Assembly (NCBI GenBank): GCA_965235115.1
Contig: OZ249436.1
Span: forward strand, 9,674,001-9,738,000
From: Laetmonice hystrix
Lineage: Eukaryota
DNA: 64,000 nucleotides
Reading direction: 5' to 3'
The translations under genes and the position numbers were made by a program. Positions within the stretch are counted from its first letter, which is position 1. Each line of letters begins with the position of its first letter. Below are positions 1 through 11,476 of the stretch, one piece after another. Under the pieces are notes generated by a model. It was given only the letters and a program-made list of their open reading frames with translations. It was not told where the DNA came from and did not search any database.

Positions 1-2121
1 TGTTTTATTCACCCCACAAAGAGCATAGCATATATTTCAGCCTTTAAGGTTTTGTGTCCCCAAATGATCACGTCTTCGTTCCCTAACACTGATTAACAGA
101 GCTATAAATGGAAGGTAATATTTTTGTGTGCGGGGTCCTAAATGACGCTGGGTGAGGTCCAATATGTGGTAAATTGATACTGTCACCCCGTCATGCTTCA
201 CCGCTCCTGGACCCCCTGGCAGGGGTCGGGTCACACTGTGTCACATTGCCCTATACTGGAATGTCGGTTAAATACTTACTCAACCACTTCCCCCAGTGGT
301 ATGCCCACTGGAATGTCGACATTACCTGGCAAGCATAAAGGTCCAGATCAATGATTTTAAGTGCAAACGTGAAACGGATACAACCCCCCAACAGAGTGCC
401 TGACCTGGCCAGTCTCGGGCCAGTCTGGAGACACCCTGCAGTTGTAAACAAGTGGCTCAGTGGGTCTCATGCAGAGACGTTCTGCCATTCAACAGCTGAA
501 AAATAAAACTGATTACGAGGTGTGGTACGAGTCAGGACATCGGTGTCATCAAGACAATATTATTGTTGAGGTATTACTGATTTTCGAATTAAAATAATAT
601 AGCTTTCACCTTTCTTTATGGTAATTTCACCACTTGAACCTATACCACGAATATTTCAATGTACAAGCCTATAGGCTTACCCCCTATAATGTTAAAATGT
701 GTGACTCGGTCTGACACTAGATAGTGTGAATACCCTACACATAAATAAGATATTAAGTCTAGATCCTTTCACGCAATTTGGTGAATAGGCCTAATGGGAT
801 TTTATACACGGAAAACAATGTTTTTTGCCATACTTCATTAGCAGAGACAGCCACCGTATATTAATACGTTATCTGCTCCCAAGCTCAGCTACTGACCACA
901 ACATACACTGATCATACTGGAGCAAATGAGGTCAGACGTGAAGTCGATGCACATCCGGTAATAGAGTTCCGGCTGGGAGAGAGTCGACTATGTGAGACAA
1001 AAATTGCTCCTGACCTCCCTCCGGGTATGTAAAATGTTTGACACTGATAAACAACTAGATTGCACAGGTGTCTGAATATAATGCGTCAGGTTTTGAAACA
1101 GGCAAGCTGAGAAGGGGCAGGCCTGAGGGTAAACAAAAACAAAAACACTGACTTTCACAAAATGTCATTTTGGAGGACACTGTGGAAGCAAGTCTGGGGA
1201 TTGAGAAATTTGTCCCCATTATTAAGACTACAAGGGAACACATGGGGGAACCTCTGCATCTCTGCACTCCTAGCTCCTAGCTATGGTGCTCTATTTATTA
1301 AAGTAGTCGGCCTACCTTATTTTGAGTCTTTGAAGGGCGATAAAGAAAAGTGCTATATTTGCATTAAAAAAAAGTTTGATACGTAGATCTATGCCTGAGA
1401 AACTATGAAGTGAACTGGAGCCAACTGTACACAACTATATACACATGTATTATAGGCAGATTAAAATAACAACACTATCAAGTCATCGTGTTTGTAGCTC
1501 TAAGGGGACAGGGCACAGGGGATCCAGTAAGGACGCTCAATCTGCAACCTCTTGACTTCTAAACAGGCCCAAATACAATATTTTCTTAACTCTAAAGTAT
1601 TGTACTCAGTAAGAATGTGCTTCAATTCAGTGCTACGTGAAAAACATACCGGGGGTAACCCAGTGCTTGACTGGCAGGTGAGCCTTGGAGATATGTCACT
1701 ATTCTCTGGTAGGCCACTAGGCCTATATATTATCGTGATATAGACATGTAGTAGCCTACTGCATCCTCCTCTCCAGATCTATAGTTTAGCCTATAGCATC
1801 CTACCTAATATCTTAGCAGACCCCCTATTTCTGTCCTTCTCTGCTTCCCTGGCTGAGAGAACGGGAGAAAACTGCGTTGAGGCGGCAACAACTTCCCCAG
1901 GTAAAAATACCACTGACTCAGCAGCCAGGCGAGCCCTCAGGGCTGTCTATCTGCCTCCAGGTCTCCTGCCACATAGAATACAGAGCACTTGGGGACTCTG
2001 CCGCATCACACAGCCAGACCAGCTGGGGCAGAGGTGTGCGAGATCCTTGACTACATGGCCGCACCAACTTCAGAACAGGATTACTTCTGTTAAAAAAGGT
2101 CAATTTCACATGGTCACCTAC

Positions 2122-2235
2122 CCTTTGGATAGTGATGGGCTGGCCATATTCCGTCCCACCTTGTAGTCGAAATCCCCATGGGGTTTGTACATTGTCCCGT
2201 ACAATCTGAGCCTTCAGCACGTCAATTTCCGCCAT
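2122..2235 (-). CDS. First coding exon (proximal) of a PDZ-domain gene, Zasp/ALP/Enigma (PDLIM)-like; remaining exons not identified in the window
   Basis: Translates MAEIDVLKAQIVRDNVQTPWGFRLQGGTEYGQPITIQR and ends at a phase-0 donor AGG|GTAGGT. PWGFRLQGG...PITI is the N-terminal PDZ signature of PDLIM/Zasp proteins. Confidence 0.8.
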
Positions 2236-4258
2236 GGTGTATATGCAGCGTCTCAAAAGGAGTGGCGGCAGAAGTGCATGTGGATGTCAGTGAGCCAGGC
2301 GCAGCGCCGCAGAGTGGTCGGCCGGGCCCTCTCAGCGCTGAGCAGACGATAAGGACAGTATACTAACCCGCCAACAAGCGACACAACACTATATACCACT
2401 CAAGTCGCCGTCCTTGCACACAACGTCCCGATTTCTCTCCAACAACGCATTCAACTGGTCATTCATCTATGGGTTCACTTCTTAAATATTATGGATTCTT
2501 AAAACAGACTTTGATAATGCAGGTATTGCAGTAGGGGTCTATAATGTTATGCCCTGCTGTTTAGTGCTGCTTAGCTTTCTCTCTCACTCACGTTTTGGCT
2601 GAAAACCCTGGCCTCCGGCTATTAAATACTCTGTAGTTAATGCATCGCTGCACACCTGCCGTCGTAAACACACAGGTCTACATTTACGGTCACAAGAGCG
2701 AGCAGATGTCTTTTACCAGTGACCGACTCAGCTATAGACTCTACGTCCACCGAGGCTCGCTTCTGGCAAATGAATTCAAGAAGTTCAGACATCGCCTATC
2801 CCTTGCCCCAATAATAGATTCTTTCAGAAAGAAATAAGTAAGAAAATAAAAAAATTAATAAATATAAAGAGAGAATGGTGGCCTGTGGACATATCCTGCT
2901 TCTCATGGTGACTTTTATTATTTGGAAACGGGATACTATCAACATATCTGCTGGAGGATACTTCGTTGATTGCATAATTCATTGCTGCCATCTGGTGGAT
3001 GCAATAGTTAGTATAGGGCCTATGGCTCAAAAGTTCAACTTTTTCTTGAGACCAAACCATTATAGGCCTATACATCATGTTTTCGCCTATTGCCCTGATA
3101 TAGCCATAATGTTATCAGCTATATATAAATATTTTCCAATGCTGTTAATGTGCAATATGGTATACAAGTATTTGCTTTATCCCAAGCGGTAGCCTGCATT
3201 GGTCATGTCTTAGAAGAATCTTGTTGATATCAAAGATGACTGATAAAAATGTCGAACAGATGCCTTCAAAGTCCCAGGGAACGCCAGCCGTTTGCCTTTA
3301 AGCCCACGGATATTTCCAAGTAGAGTTTACACTAAAGAAAGTATTCCGTGAGAGTGGTCATAATAATGACTAACATTCCTAGGGCCTGACTCAACCACGA
3401 AGCACGAGGCTTAGTGTCAATACGTTGTCACTGAGGACTTCACATTCCTAATGAGATGTTTGGACATCTAAAACATCAAACCATGCTCTATGAGCGATAT
3501 ATACCCTCGATGGCCGCAGTAATGTTGACCTAATAATTTTGTTGACATTTCTCAAGCCTCTATCCTCCTATGAATGTGACGAGCCAGCTAACGCTCAGTT
3601 AAATGTTTATCAGGCTGGAAAAAAATGCACTCTTTATGCATTAACTTGACTATACAACCCAAAGAATTAGCCAGTCAGAAACAATTCCAAAATGTAAAGT
3701 TATACGATTTTTACGCCACCACTGATATATTTGCCAATCAATTCAAAACTTCTAGAGGCTTTGCCCCGGTCAGCCTGAGCTCGAGATGCAATACTTTTCA
3801 TATTTTGGCATTGCGGGCATAAAAGTGCCGGTATAGTCGTGCATGCATGACCCAAATAACCTATCCTAGCCAATACGATCAGCGCCGGCGTTCGTTCCTC
3901 TCAGCGAGCAACCAACGCCGAGGAACGAACGCCGGGGCTGATCGTATCGGCTACGCCTATCCCAGCTTTTGCAAAAAAAACGTTTAATGAACGTTCTAGG
4001 AACATTATATGATGTCTGAATAAAATGTGAGCCGGGTGTAGTATGCGTATCTATATATTTTTTTTTATAAATAGGGCCGTATCCTGCCAAGTGCATGGCC
4101 TGGGGGGTTACAAAGTCTGCGACCGCATCAGCGGTAGCCTAATTGCAAATAGATCGATACCAAAGGAACCGATTTACATGACCTATAAATTACATAAGAC
4201 GAGTGGGAGCACACTTCTGCTCGGTTTCCCGCGTTTCGACTTGAGTTCAAGTACTCAC

Positions 4259-4420
4259 CTGTTGAATGGTGCACGGCCTGCCATCAGCTGGAGGTCGGAG
4301 ACTAATGTTGGCGTCGTCATTATCGGTCCAAACCACGCCCCAGTCCACATCAAAACGCTCTCTCTCGAGGAGGGCTTCGAACACGTCGATTTCTTCAGTA
4401 GATTCATCAAGCCTGTGCAT
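4259..4420 (-). CDS. Distal alternative first exon of the same PDZ gene (diverged duplicate of exon 2122-2235)
   Basis: ATG at 4420 gives MHRLDESTEEIDVFEALLERERFDVDWGVVWTDNDDANISLRPPADGRPCTIQQ, then a consensus phase-0 donor CAG|GTGAGT. Aligns with the proximal exon (EIDV..A...R......WG ... G.P.TIQ). Confidence 0.65.
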
Positions 4421-4939
4421 ATTAGGTGTAGCTTTTGTGTTCGGTCACAGCAGGTCTGTACGACTTGTGGACTGTATTTTAAAGTCGTAGAGTAGGCCTT
4501 CTACTGGCGAGTAGATGTCGACATACCGGTAGCCGTAGGCCCCCCATGCATGATTGGTCCAAATTCCTTTAATGCCGTTTCACAGTCCATTAAGGAATCG
4601 CGATGGTAGGCTTCATTGTTGTAGGCGTTTTTTGGCATTTTTTGCGTCATGGTCTTTGCGGAGGCGCCCGAGTCAGGTCATTCATCCGTGAAGTGGGATC
4701 CTTTCTTGGCGGACCGGAGCCAATGGACTTAGAATCTAGGCCTATACTGATCATGACCTGAACAACAAGACCCCGTCGGAGTCACATCTCCCAACTGGGA
4801 TTAGTCTAGATCTAATTATCTGTTGCGGGTAGGAACTATAGGCTATGCTTACTATGCGCAAGAATGGCAGGGTGCACACCATTCCTGCTATGCGTATTTT
4901 GCATTTTTGAGATAGACATTGTCCATTGATGTGGGAACC

Positions 4940-6250
4940 ACGTGGCGGATCCAGCGATGGGGGCTGGGGGGGGGGGGGGGGGGGGCTTTGAGGGCTTAAC
5001 CCCCCCCCCCCCCCCGGTGTGTGTGTGTGTGGGGGGGGGGGTTGCAGTGCGTCTACGGCGGTTTTATACCTAGGGCCTACTTTTGGGCCTACATCAAGCC
5101 TCCCTGTCGCAAAAGAAAGTAGGCCTAGGCCAAAGTCTATATATGGTTAGGCCTATAGCCTAGAAGATCTATGCCTAATTTAATCTGAACACAAAATAGA
5201 TTGGCACGCTTGTTTCCCCTAACAGGTCCATGCCTTCTCAGTCAATTGTCACCAAGTTTAAAAACAAGCCAGACGATTTTGTCAAGATGGCCACCAAGCC
5301 GCCATTTTGAATGATAATAAAATAGTGTCGTTATAGGCCTATCTTTTTTTGAAGATAGGCCTATAGGCCATTAGAAAATATACATGACGTTAATTCACAA
5401 GGTCATAAAATTGGCGCCAAACGAAAGATATATACGTTTGTATCCTAGCCAGGCCCGTACCCAGGGGGGGGTCCGGGGGTTCTGGACCCCCCCCCGGGAA
5501 GGAGGGGGCCTCGAACATGAGGGTACCCAGGCTCAGGCTACGGCTGTAGGCCCCACGAACTGAATACAAAAGATGGAACCCCCTCCCCCGGTAGGGGCCT
5601 GCTAGCCTATCTGTAATCTTTTTGTGTGTGTGGGGGGGGGGGGGGGTCTAGATCTAAGATCGATAGCCCCCCAGCAGGACAAAAGCCAAAGTAGCCTAGA
5701 CTAGGCCTATTACGGCACCCCATATAGGCCTGGCTAAGCCGACTCTGCAACGAACCCTTTTACCCAATTTGGTTTCATGTGAAACCTATAGGCTAGGCTA
5801 ACTTTCCTAGAAGGAACCTTTCCCCCTGTTACTGTATAGAATTGGTCCCATGTGGAACTCCGAAGTCCTTGCTAGGTAGGCTAGTGGAACATCGTTGTAG
5901 GCCCCGACATGAAGATAGGGGTCGTAGGCCTAGGCCCTTCTCACACCACATCAGGCGCCGGAAGATATTCACAGGGGGCGGGGGAGCAAAGACCAAATCA
6001 TAGCCATAGGGCCCAAGTTTCACGATTTGAAATGCTGGTGATGCGAGAGCCTCGCAGAGGGGGACTGGGCGCCCTCCCCCAGAAAAAATTGAAAATTAAA
6101 GTGCCAAATACTGGCATCTGGGAACAAAATCTAATAGGCCCTATTTAAGCTCTCTGACGGTCTGACCATCTGCTGCCACCTTTGAGCTGGGGGGGGGGGC
6201 AAGGTGCCCCCCTCCCCCCCCCCCCCCCCCCCCGGTTATGGTGCCTATGC
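4940..6250. mobile_element. Cluster of degenerate poly-G/poly-C-rich MITE-like fragments
   Basis: Termini-like motifs (GTGGCGGATCCAG at about 4942; CAGGCCCGTACCCAGGGGGG at about 5450; GGTTATGGTGCCTATG at about 6234) flank G/C runs and a local palindrome (GGGGGGGGTCC...GGACCCCCCCC). Boundaries are uncertain. Confidence 0.4.
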
Positions 6251-7428
6251 ACCAAGTCCAGCAGGACCCGGCGTGATGTCCTTCTTGCAAGAATGGTGGA
6301 ATGGTGGATCATGCTTCCTGCCACGCTCTTCTGCTCAGTTCCCTGCTGAACGTATTGGCCTCCTAGCGGAGACACCGGAGGGCTTGGCTTTCTGGGCGAG
6401 GAGCACTACAACGCCCCCTGGCGAAAGGTTGGAAGCCACCTAGCGGAAGCTTCACTTAGGACGTAGTACGGTCGTGTTGCCTTTCGGAGGCAAAATCAGA
6501 GGACCTCTGACTTGGAGATCTCACAACTTTTGCGTTTGGCCTTGTCATGAAATCCTTGAAATGAAGTTCCTCATGCTATGAAACCACGCAACGTTATGCC
6601 CGAATCAGAGGTTTGTTTGAGCGTTTATTATTGCATTGTGGGAAAGTCAAGAAGACGATGGTCTCGGCTCATTTCACATTTGTTTGGTTCGCGGCCAATC
6701 GCTCCGCGGACCGAGTCTAAAGAAAAGATTTAGCCTAGGCTAGAGGCTGACCTTAGCCAGAGGTATCACTATATCAGTACCAGTGGCCTGGGGTATCGAT
6801 TAGGCCTCGTTCTAGGCGGCAGGATACGGCACTAAAGCTTTAACAAAGCCTAGCCTAGGGCCAGGCTACTGGGCCAGCTATATTATGCTGTTGGGTCGTA
6901 AAGGTTAAAATTAGGCGTTGGATTGTTTTCGGTACCATGTTTTCCTACGCTACGCCTACGGGGCTTGGACTTGAAGTTGATGCCAATGATGGACTCAAGT
7001 CAAACTCAAAGAGTGATGACTTAGCCTAATTAGAAGTTACTAGTTACTACACAGACTGTTAGATTAGATAAGGCCTTAGTCTTAGACTACATAAATCAAT
7101 AAATGTACCACCAGAAATGGAGAGGGCATTGACTTGAAGTTGAACAGCCAATGAAATTCATAGGGCAACGAACTGATTTTCAACATTTTCATTTCTTCTA
7201 TAATAATTTGGTAATCCATGACTATGTGTTTCACAGCTAGCTAACTGATGACATTTTAGCAGACACCGAGTGGTTCAATAATAAACTAAGGTCTGATTGT
7301 ATTCGCATATCACAAATTATATGTTACATCCTATTTACAATGTTGTCTTTTTTTGTATAGATCTCAAGAATTCTCTTTTTTTAATTCGCAATTTTCATTA
7401 TTTTTTTCAGAATGTTTTTATCTCCAAA

Positions 7429-10131
7429 ATGGCAAGCAAGATGAATTCTGTGTTCTACCTAGACTATCGCAATTTGATGCCACCTGTGGAGGAGCGTCCT
7501 AAACCAAAAAGCTGCAAATTCCAGTCACTGTCTGACCGCTTTCTCTCGTACGAAGGTGATGTGGATTTTAACAGTGGTCAAGATGACGATACATCTCTCC
7601 TGTCTTCTGAAAAGGTGGAAATCAAAGATCTGGTTATCAAAATTGCAGTTAAACAAAACAACAGGTTAACATGGGATATCCCAAAGAACAGAGAAGAGGT
7701 GGAGCCTCTGCAAACAACCACAAACAAGAAAACCTTCCAACTTGAGAAGAAAAACTTTCCCTCAAAAAAAGATGAATCCATTCCATCACAAGCCAAGCCA
7801 TTGGACCGTAACGTAAGGCTCACTGAGGTAGAGAATGAAACCAGGAAAATGAAAGAGAAACTGAAACAAACACGCACATTGCGAAGAAATCTCCTGCTAC
7901 CTCAGGAATCCACTACATGGGCTGACTTTGTTCAGGTAGATTCAGCCAGTGTTGAGGCGGAGACTAAAGTCAGTGAAGATGCCACAACGTCAGACAGTTT
8001 TACCAAACAGACAACATTCGAATCTTTTGGGAGCACTCAATCTGAAACACATGCCTGGAAGAATACTGAGACTGCAGCCAGCAAGACTTCGACTACAACA
8101 AATTACAGGTCATCTGAAGAGCAAGTGGGCAAATACCTCAACAAGAGGGATCCTAGACTCATGCACACAAATAAAACGGAGCTGACTGTGCCAGTGGAGC
8201 ATGCATCAAGTAGGCCCTCCTTGGTAAAGAAAGATGTGAGTAAACAATCAATAGGACACCCATCCAGTAAAGATGACGTTCAAAAATCTGATAGCAGCAA
8301 TAATATTCAAAAAGGGAAGTTAGTTACGAATGAAAAGTCTGTTTTGAAAGTGGAACCTGTTCAAGCAAAGTGTGGAACTGTGAATCCAAAGAAAAAGAAG
8401 TTGTCTGGTGGAGAGTGTAACACTGGAGGGAGCTCACCACAGAGCAAGGCTAAAAAGGTAGCTGCCAATCTGTCTGCTGATATCATGACCAGGAAACAAG
8501 GAAAACTCAAGGCAGATTTTCTGGTTGATCTCATCAAAGGAATGGACGCAAGCAGAAATATTGATAAAGTTAACAGAAACGTGATAGATATGGACATTGA
8601 AAGTGATGATAGTATTTGTGAAATAACTGTGCCCTCTGAAACTCAAAATGATGGTGCAGATTTTTCAGTGGCGAAGGACACTTATTTGGGTGAGTCAGCA
8701 AAGGCTCAAAATACAGATCCTGTGCCTGCATCTCTTGACCTTTCAATTCCTGGCTTTGACAATCTGCCAGATAACGAGAATGGAATGGCCAGTCCAGTCG
8801 ACAGGAGATCAGAGGCCAGCAGGCAAAAGTACAAGGAAGTTTGTGGGGGAAGACAGCAAAGCGAGCCACAGAACATGAGACCTTGGGCCCCAGTACCCCA
8901 ACCACCAATAATTGGGCCCCAGGTTTGTCTTCCACCCTTCACCCACAATGTATGCGAATACAACCAATGGCAGAGCAGTGACTGGCCTCCAGTTTACCTC
9001 AACCTTCAGCCACAGCCTCCATGGTTTCATTGCCAGGCAGAGAATCGTTACTTTGGGAGAAGCCTGGACTGCTATGGCTTGAACGATGAAGCAAGGTTTT
9101 CAAATAATAGTTCCAGTGGCAGCAGTCAGTCTTCAGACGAGGCCCTCAACCTGAAGCCACCTCCGGCTCCATATAGAATTGACACTACTATTGGATGCCA
9201 CGGCCAGACATCGGATGCCTTGTCTCATCTGTCCCAGTTTGGGCGTGGAGACAGGGAGAGGTTATCTGAGGTGGTGCCACCTTTGCTGCCACCACCGGTG
9301 CCACCTTTGCTGCCACCACCCCCACCTCCACTTCCACTGCCACTGCCACCACCCCCTCAACCTCCCCTGCCAGTTCCCCCACCATCATTACCATCTACAT
9401 TACCAGAAGAGGCCTCAAGTAATGTGAAAACCCTTCCAGAGTCTTTGCCCAGTAGTTCAGCAGCACCGGTGTCTAAAATTGGACAAACCCCCCAGATACA
9501 AGAAGAGCTTCCCCCACTGCCAACAGAGGAACCCAAAGAAAAGCTGCCTTCACAAAAAGCTCTTCATGCAGACTGTAAACCGTCTGTGGCCGAGACCAGT
9601 AAGTCTGTTACTTCTACAGAGAAGGAAGGAAGCTATGCACCTCAGCTGTGGAGCCCAGTAATGATGACCCCAGATTCAGATCAGGAACCAGCAAAGTTAG
9701 AAACTTATTCTCTGTGTATAGTTGACATTCCACCACCAGTGATTGCTGACCATATTCTGACTGGGGTCACAACTAAACGTCCTGAGGTGAGCAGTATCTC
9801 AAAGACTCTGCCAGGCAGTTCAGCAACATCCCAAAAAAAGCAGACGGCAGACCAGAAACTCCAGCCAATTCCATCGAAAGAAGCAAACGCTACCAAAGAG
9901 AACAGACCCACCAAACCTGAAACGCGGGGGAAATTCCATGGTCGCACTCTGCTCATGGGTAAGGCAGTGCCTCCGCGATACGTCCCCATGGAACCGCTCT
10001 ACATAAAAAAACCATTCACATCAAGAGGCACCAGAGAAATAATTCCCATTGATCCCCGCATTGAATTTTACAGAAAACGGCAAAAACGTAAGGAAGAAGA
10101 GGAAGCACTCTATGTGGATTCTTTGCTGTGA
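7429..10131 (+). CDS. Uncharacterised 900-aa low-complexity, Ser/Thr/Lys- and Pro-rich protein in a single coding exon
   Basis: 2.7-kb uninterrupted ORF. Acceptor TTTTTTTCAG ends at 7410, just upstream of AAAATGG at 7429. A candidate non-coding first exon ends at about 6610 (GAG|GTTTGT). AATAAA at 10825, 10917, 11955, 12338. No recognisable folded domain. Confidence 0.75.
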   Translation: MASKMNSVFYLDYRNLMPPVEERPKPKSCKFQSLSDRFLSYEGDVDFNSGQDDDTSLLSSEKVEIKDLVIKIAVKQNNRLTWDIPKNREEVEPLQTTTNKKTFQLEKKNFPSKKDESIPSQAKPLDRNVRLTEVENETRKMKEKLKQTRTLRRNLLLPQESTTWADFVQVDSASVEAETKVSEDATTSDSFTKQTTFESFGSTQSETHAWKNTETAASKTSTTTNYRSSEEQVGKYLNKRDPRLMHTNKTELTVPVEHASSRPSLVKKDVSKQSIGHPSSKDDVQKSDSSNNIQKGKLVTNEKSVLKVEPVQAKCGTVNPKKKKLSGGECNTGGSSPQSKAKKVAANLSADIMTRKQGKLKADFLVDLIKGMDASRNIDKVNRNVIDMDIESDDSICEITVPSETQNDGADFSVAKDTYLGESAKAQNTDPVPASLDLSIPGFDNLPDNENGMASPVDRRSEASRQKYKEVCGGRQQSEPQNMRPWAPVPQPPIIGPQVCLPPFTHNVCEYNQWQSSDWPPVYLNLQPQPPWFHCQAENRYFGRSLDCYGLNDEARFSNNSSSGSSQSSDEALNLKPPPAPYRIDTTIGCHGQTSDALSHLSQFGRGDRERLSEVVPPLLPPPVPPLLPPPPPPLPLPLPPPPQPPLPVPPPSLPSTLPEEASSNVKTLPESLPSSSAAPVSKIGQTPQIQEELPPLPTEEPKEKLPSQKALHADCKPSVAETSKSVTSTEKEGSYAPQLWSPVMMTPDSDQEPAKLETYSLCIVDIPPPVIADHILTGVTTKRPEVSSISKTLPGSSATSQKKQTADQKLQPIPSKEANATKENRPTKPETRGKFHGRTLLMGKAVPPRYVPMEPLYIKKPFTSRGTREIIPIDPRIEFYRKRQKRKEEEEALYVDSLL

Positions 10132-11283
10132 GCTATAGATTCTTTAATTGAGGTGTTACGGTGGCCAAAACAATGTTTTTACTTTTAGCTAATGATGGTG
10201 TTTTCAATTCTGTTCTGTTTCTCCACACTGACTGTCGAATTTTAAACGTGACAAGATCCTGTATATATTGATTGAAGTAGGTGACATGTACACAACGGTC
10301 CCACAGTTTACACGAGCTGTTTTCAGTATAGCAGACTCTTATGTTGTTCAGTTTGGCCACAATGCTTTACTGGTAAAGTTATATTTTTCATGCATTGTAT
10401 AAAGTTTTAAACATGATATTCGTTGATCCACAAGAGCCTCAAAAGGGCTGGTAAATGTATACTTACAACCCTATCAGTTTTCTGGTTAGACTTTAGTACT
10501 AATGGATATCATATTTCTGTAGAAATTTTCTTTGTGGAAAAAGAACACTTATTTGCCTTTGATTAGTGAAACTGGTGAAACCTCTCACTGGTACACTATT
10601 TGTTGTTACTATTTGTTGTCAACTGTTATAAACATCAACCTGTGCCTATCATTGCACGTGTGATACGTAGCTCACTCAAGGTAGCACTGTAGATCATGCA
10701 AAAGGTGCTAACAAAATGGAAAGAGTTTTGGAGAGCGCATTTGTTAAACACAGATTTTCAGGAAATTTTCTGTCCTGAGCTTTGAATTATGTTTTAGTGC
10801 AATCCATTTTTTGTAGTTCTCGAAAATAAAATTAGCATAAGATCTGCTCTTGTGGGCAGCGCACGGTTTGTAAATGACAGCGCAAGGTTTGTAAAAGACC
10901 ATATAAAAGTCAATACAATAAACTTAGTGGTAATCATTTTGTAAGGGTACAGATTTTTAATCATGTACTATCCTTTCTTCTAGATCTTGGTTGAGAATTC
11001 GTGCAATATATTCTAAGTGGGAAGGGATAGCAAAGGTTCATGCTTTCGTTTAAACTGCACGGCAAAAGGTCCCATTAAACTGTCGTTCATTGTAGTCAAT
11101 TTAATTTAATTGTTTTTAATCTGATTTGAGAACAGGCCTACAGAAATGAGTATTGTCCAGAACGCTTTCTTTTCGTACATCTGCATTTTGATAATGTAGT
11201 AGTGATGAAACCTCTCTGAGAAGAAAATATTTACAAGGTTTTGGTTTTCGTAGATGTCATGTGTGGTTTAGCCAGTAGTGAGT

Positions 11284-11476
11284 GGGGAACACGCCTGATA
11301 CGATGCTACGCAATGATGCAATGCGATTATGAAAAGCTCCTTATGGTTTTCAGCGAGTGTGAATACACCTGAAGATATCCGTTGCTGGTGCTTCAGGTGT
11401 GTTCACAACTGCTGAAACCATTAAGGGCTTTCCATAATTGTGTCACATTGCGTAGCATCACATCAGGTGTGTTCCC
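11284..11476. mobile_element. Palindromic MITE-like hairpin downstream of the orphan ORF
   Basis: Imperfect arms of about 88 bp (GGGAACACGCCTGAT...CACCTGAAG / CTTCAGGTG...ATCAGGTGTGTTCCC) around a short spacer. Confidence 0.7.

Noticed and set aside
326..435. Exon-like segment on the minus strand (CTGCAG|...CAG|GTAATG) as a next PDZ exon
   Set aside because: Translations do not resemble the expected PDZ continuation; cannot be supported without transcripts.
7297..7428. N-terminal 44 codons of the 944-aa ORF call
   Set aside because: Begins at TTG and crosses a pyrimidine tract and acceptor at 7410; it is intronic/UTR, and the likely start is ATG 7429.
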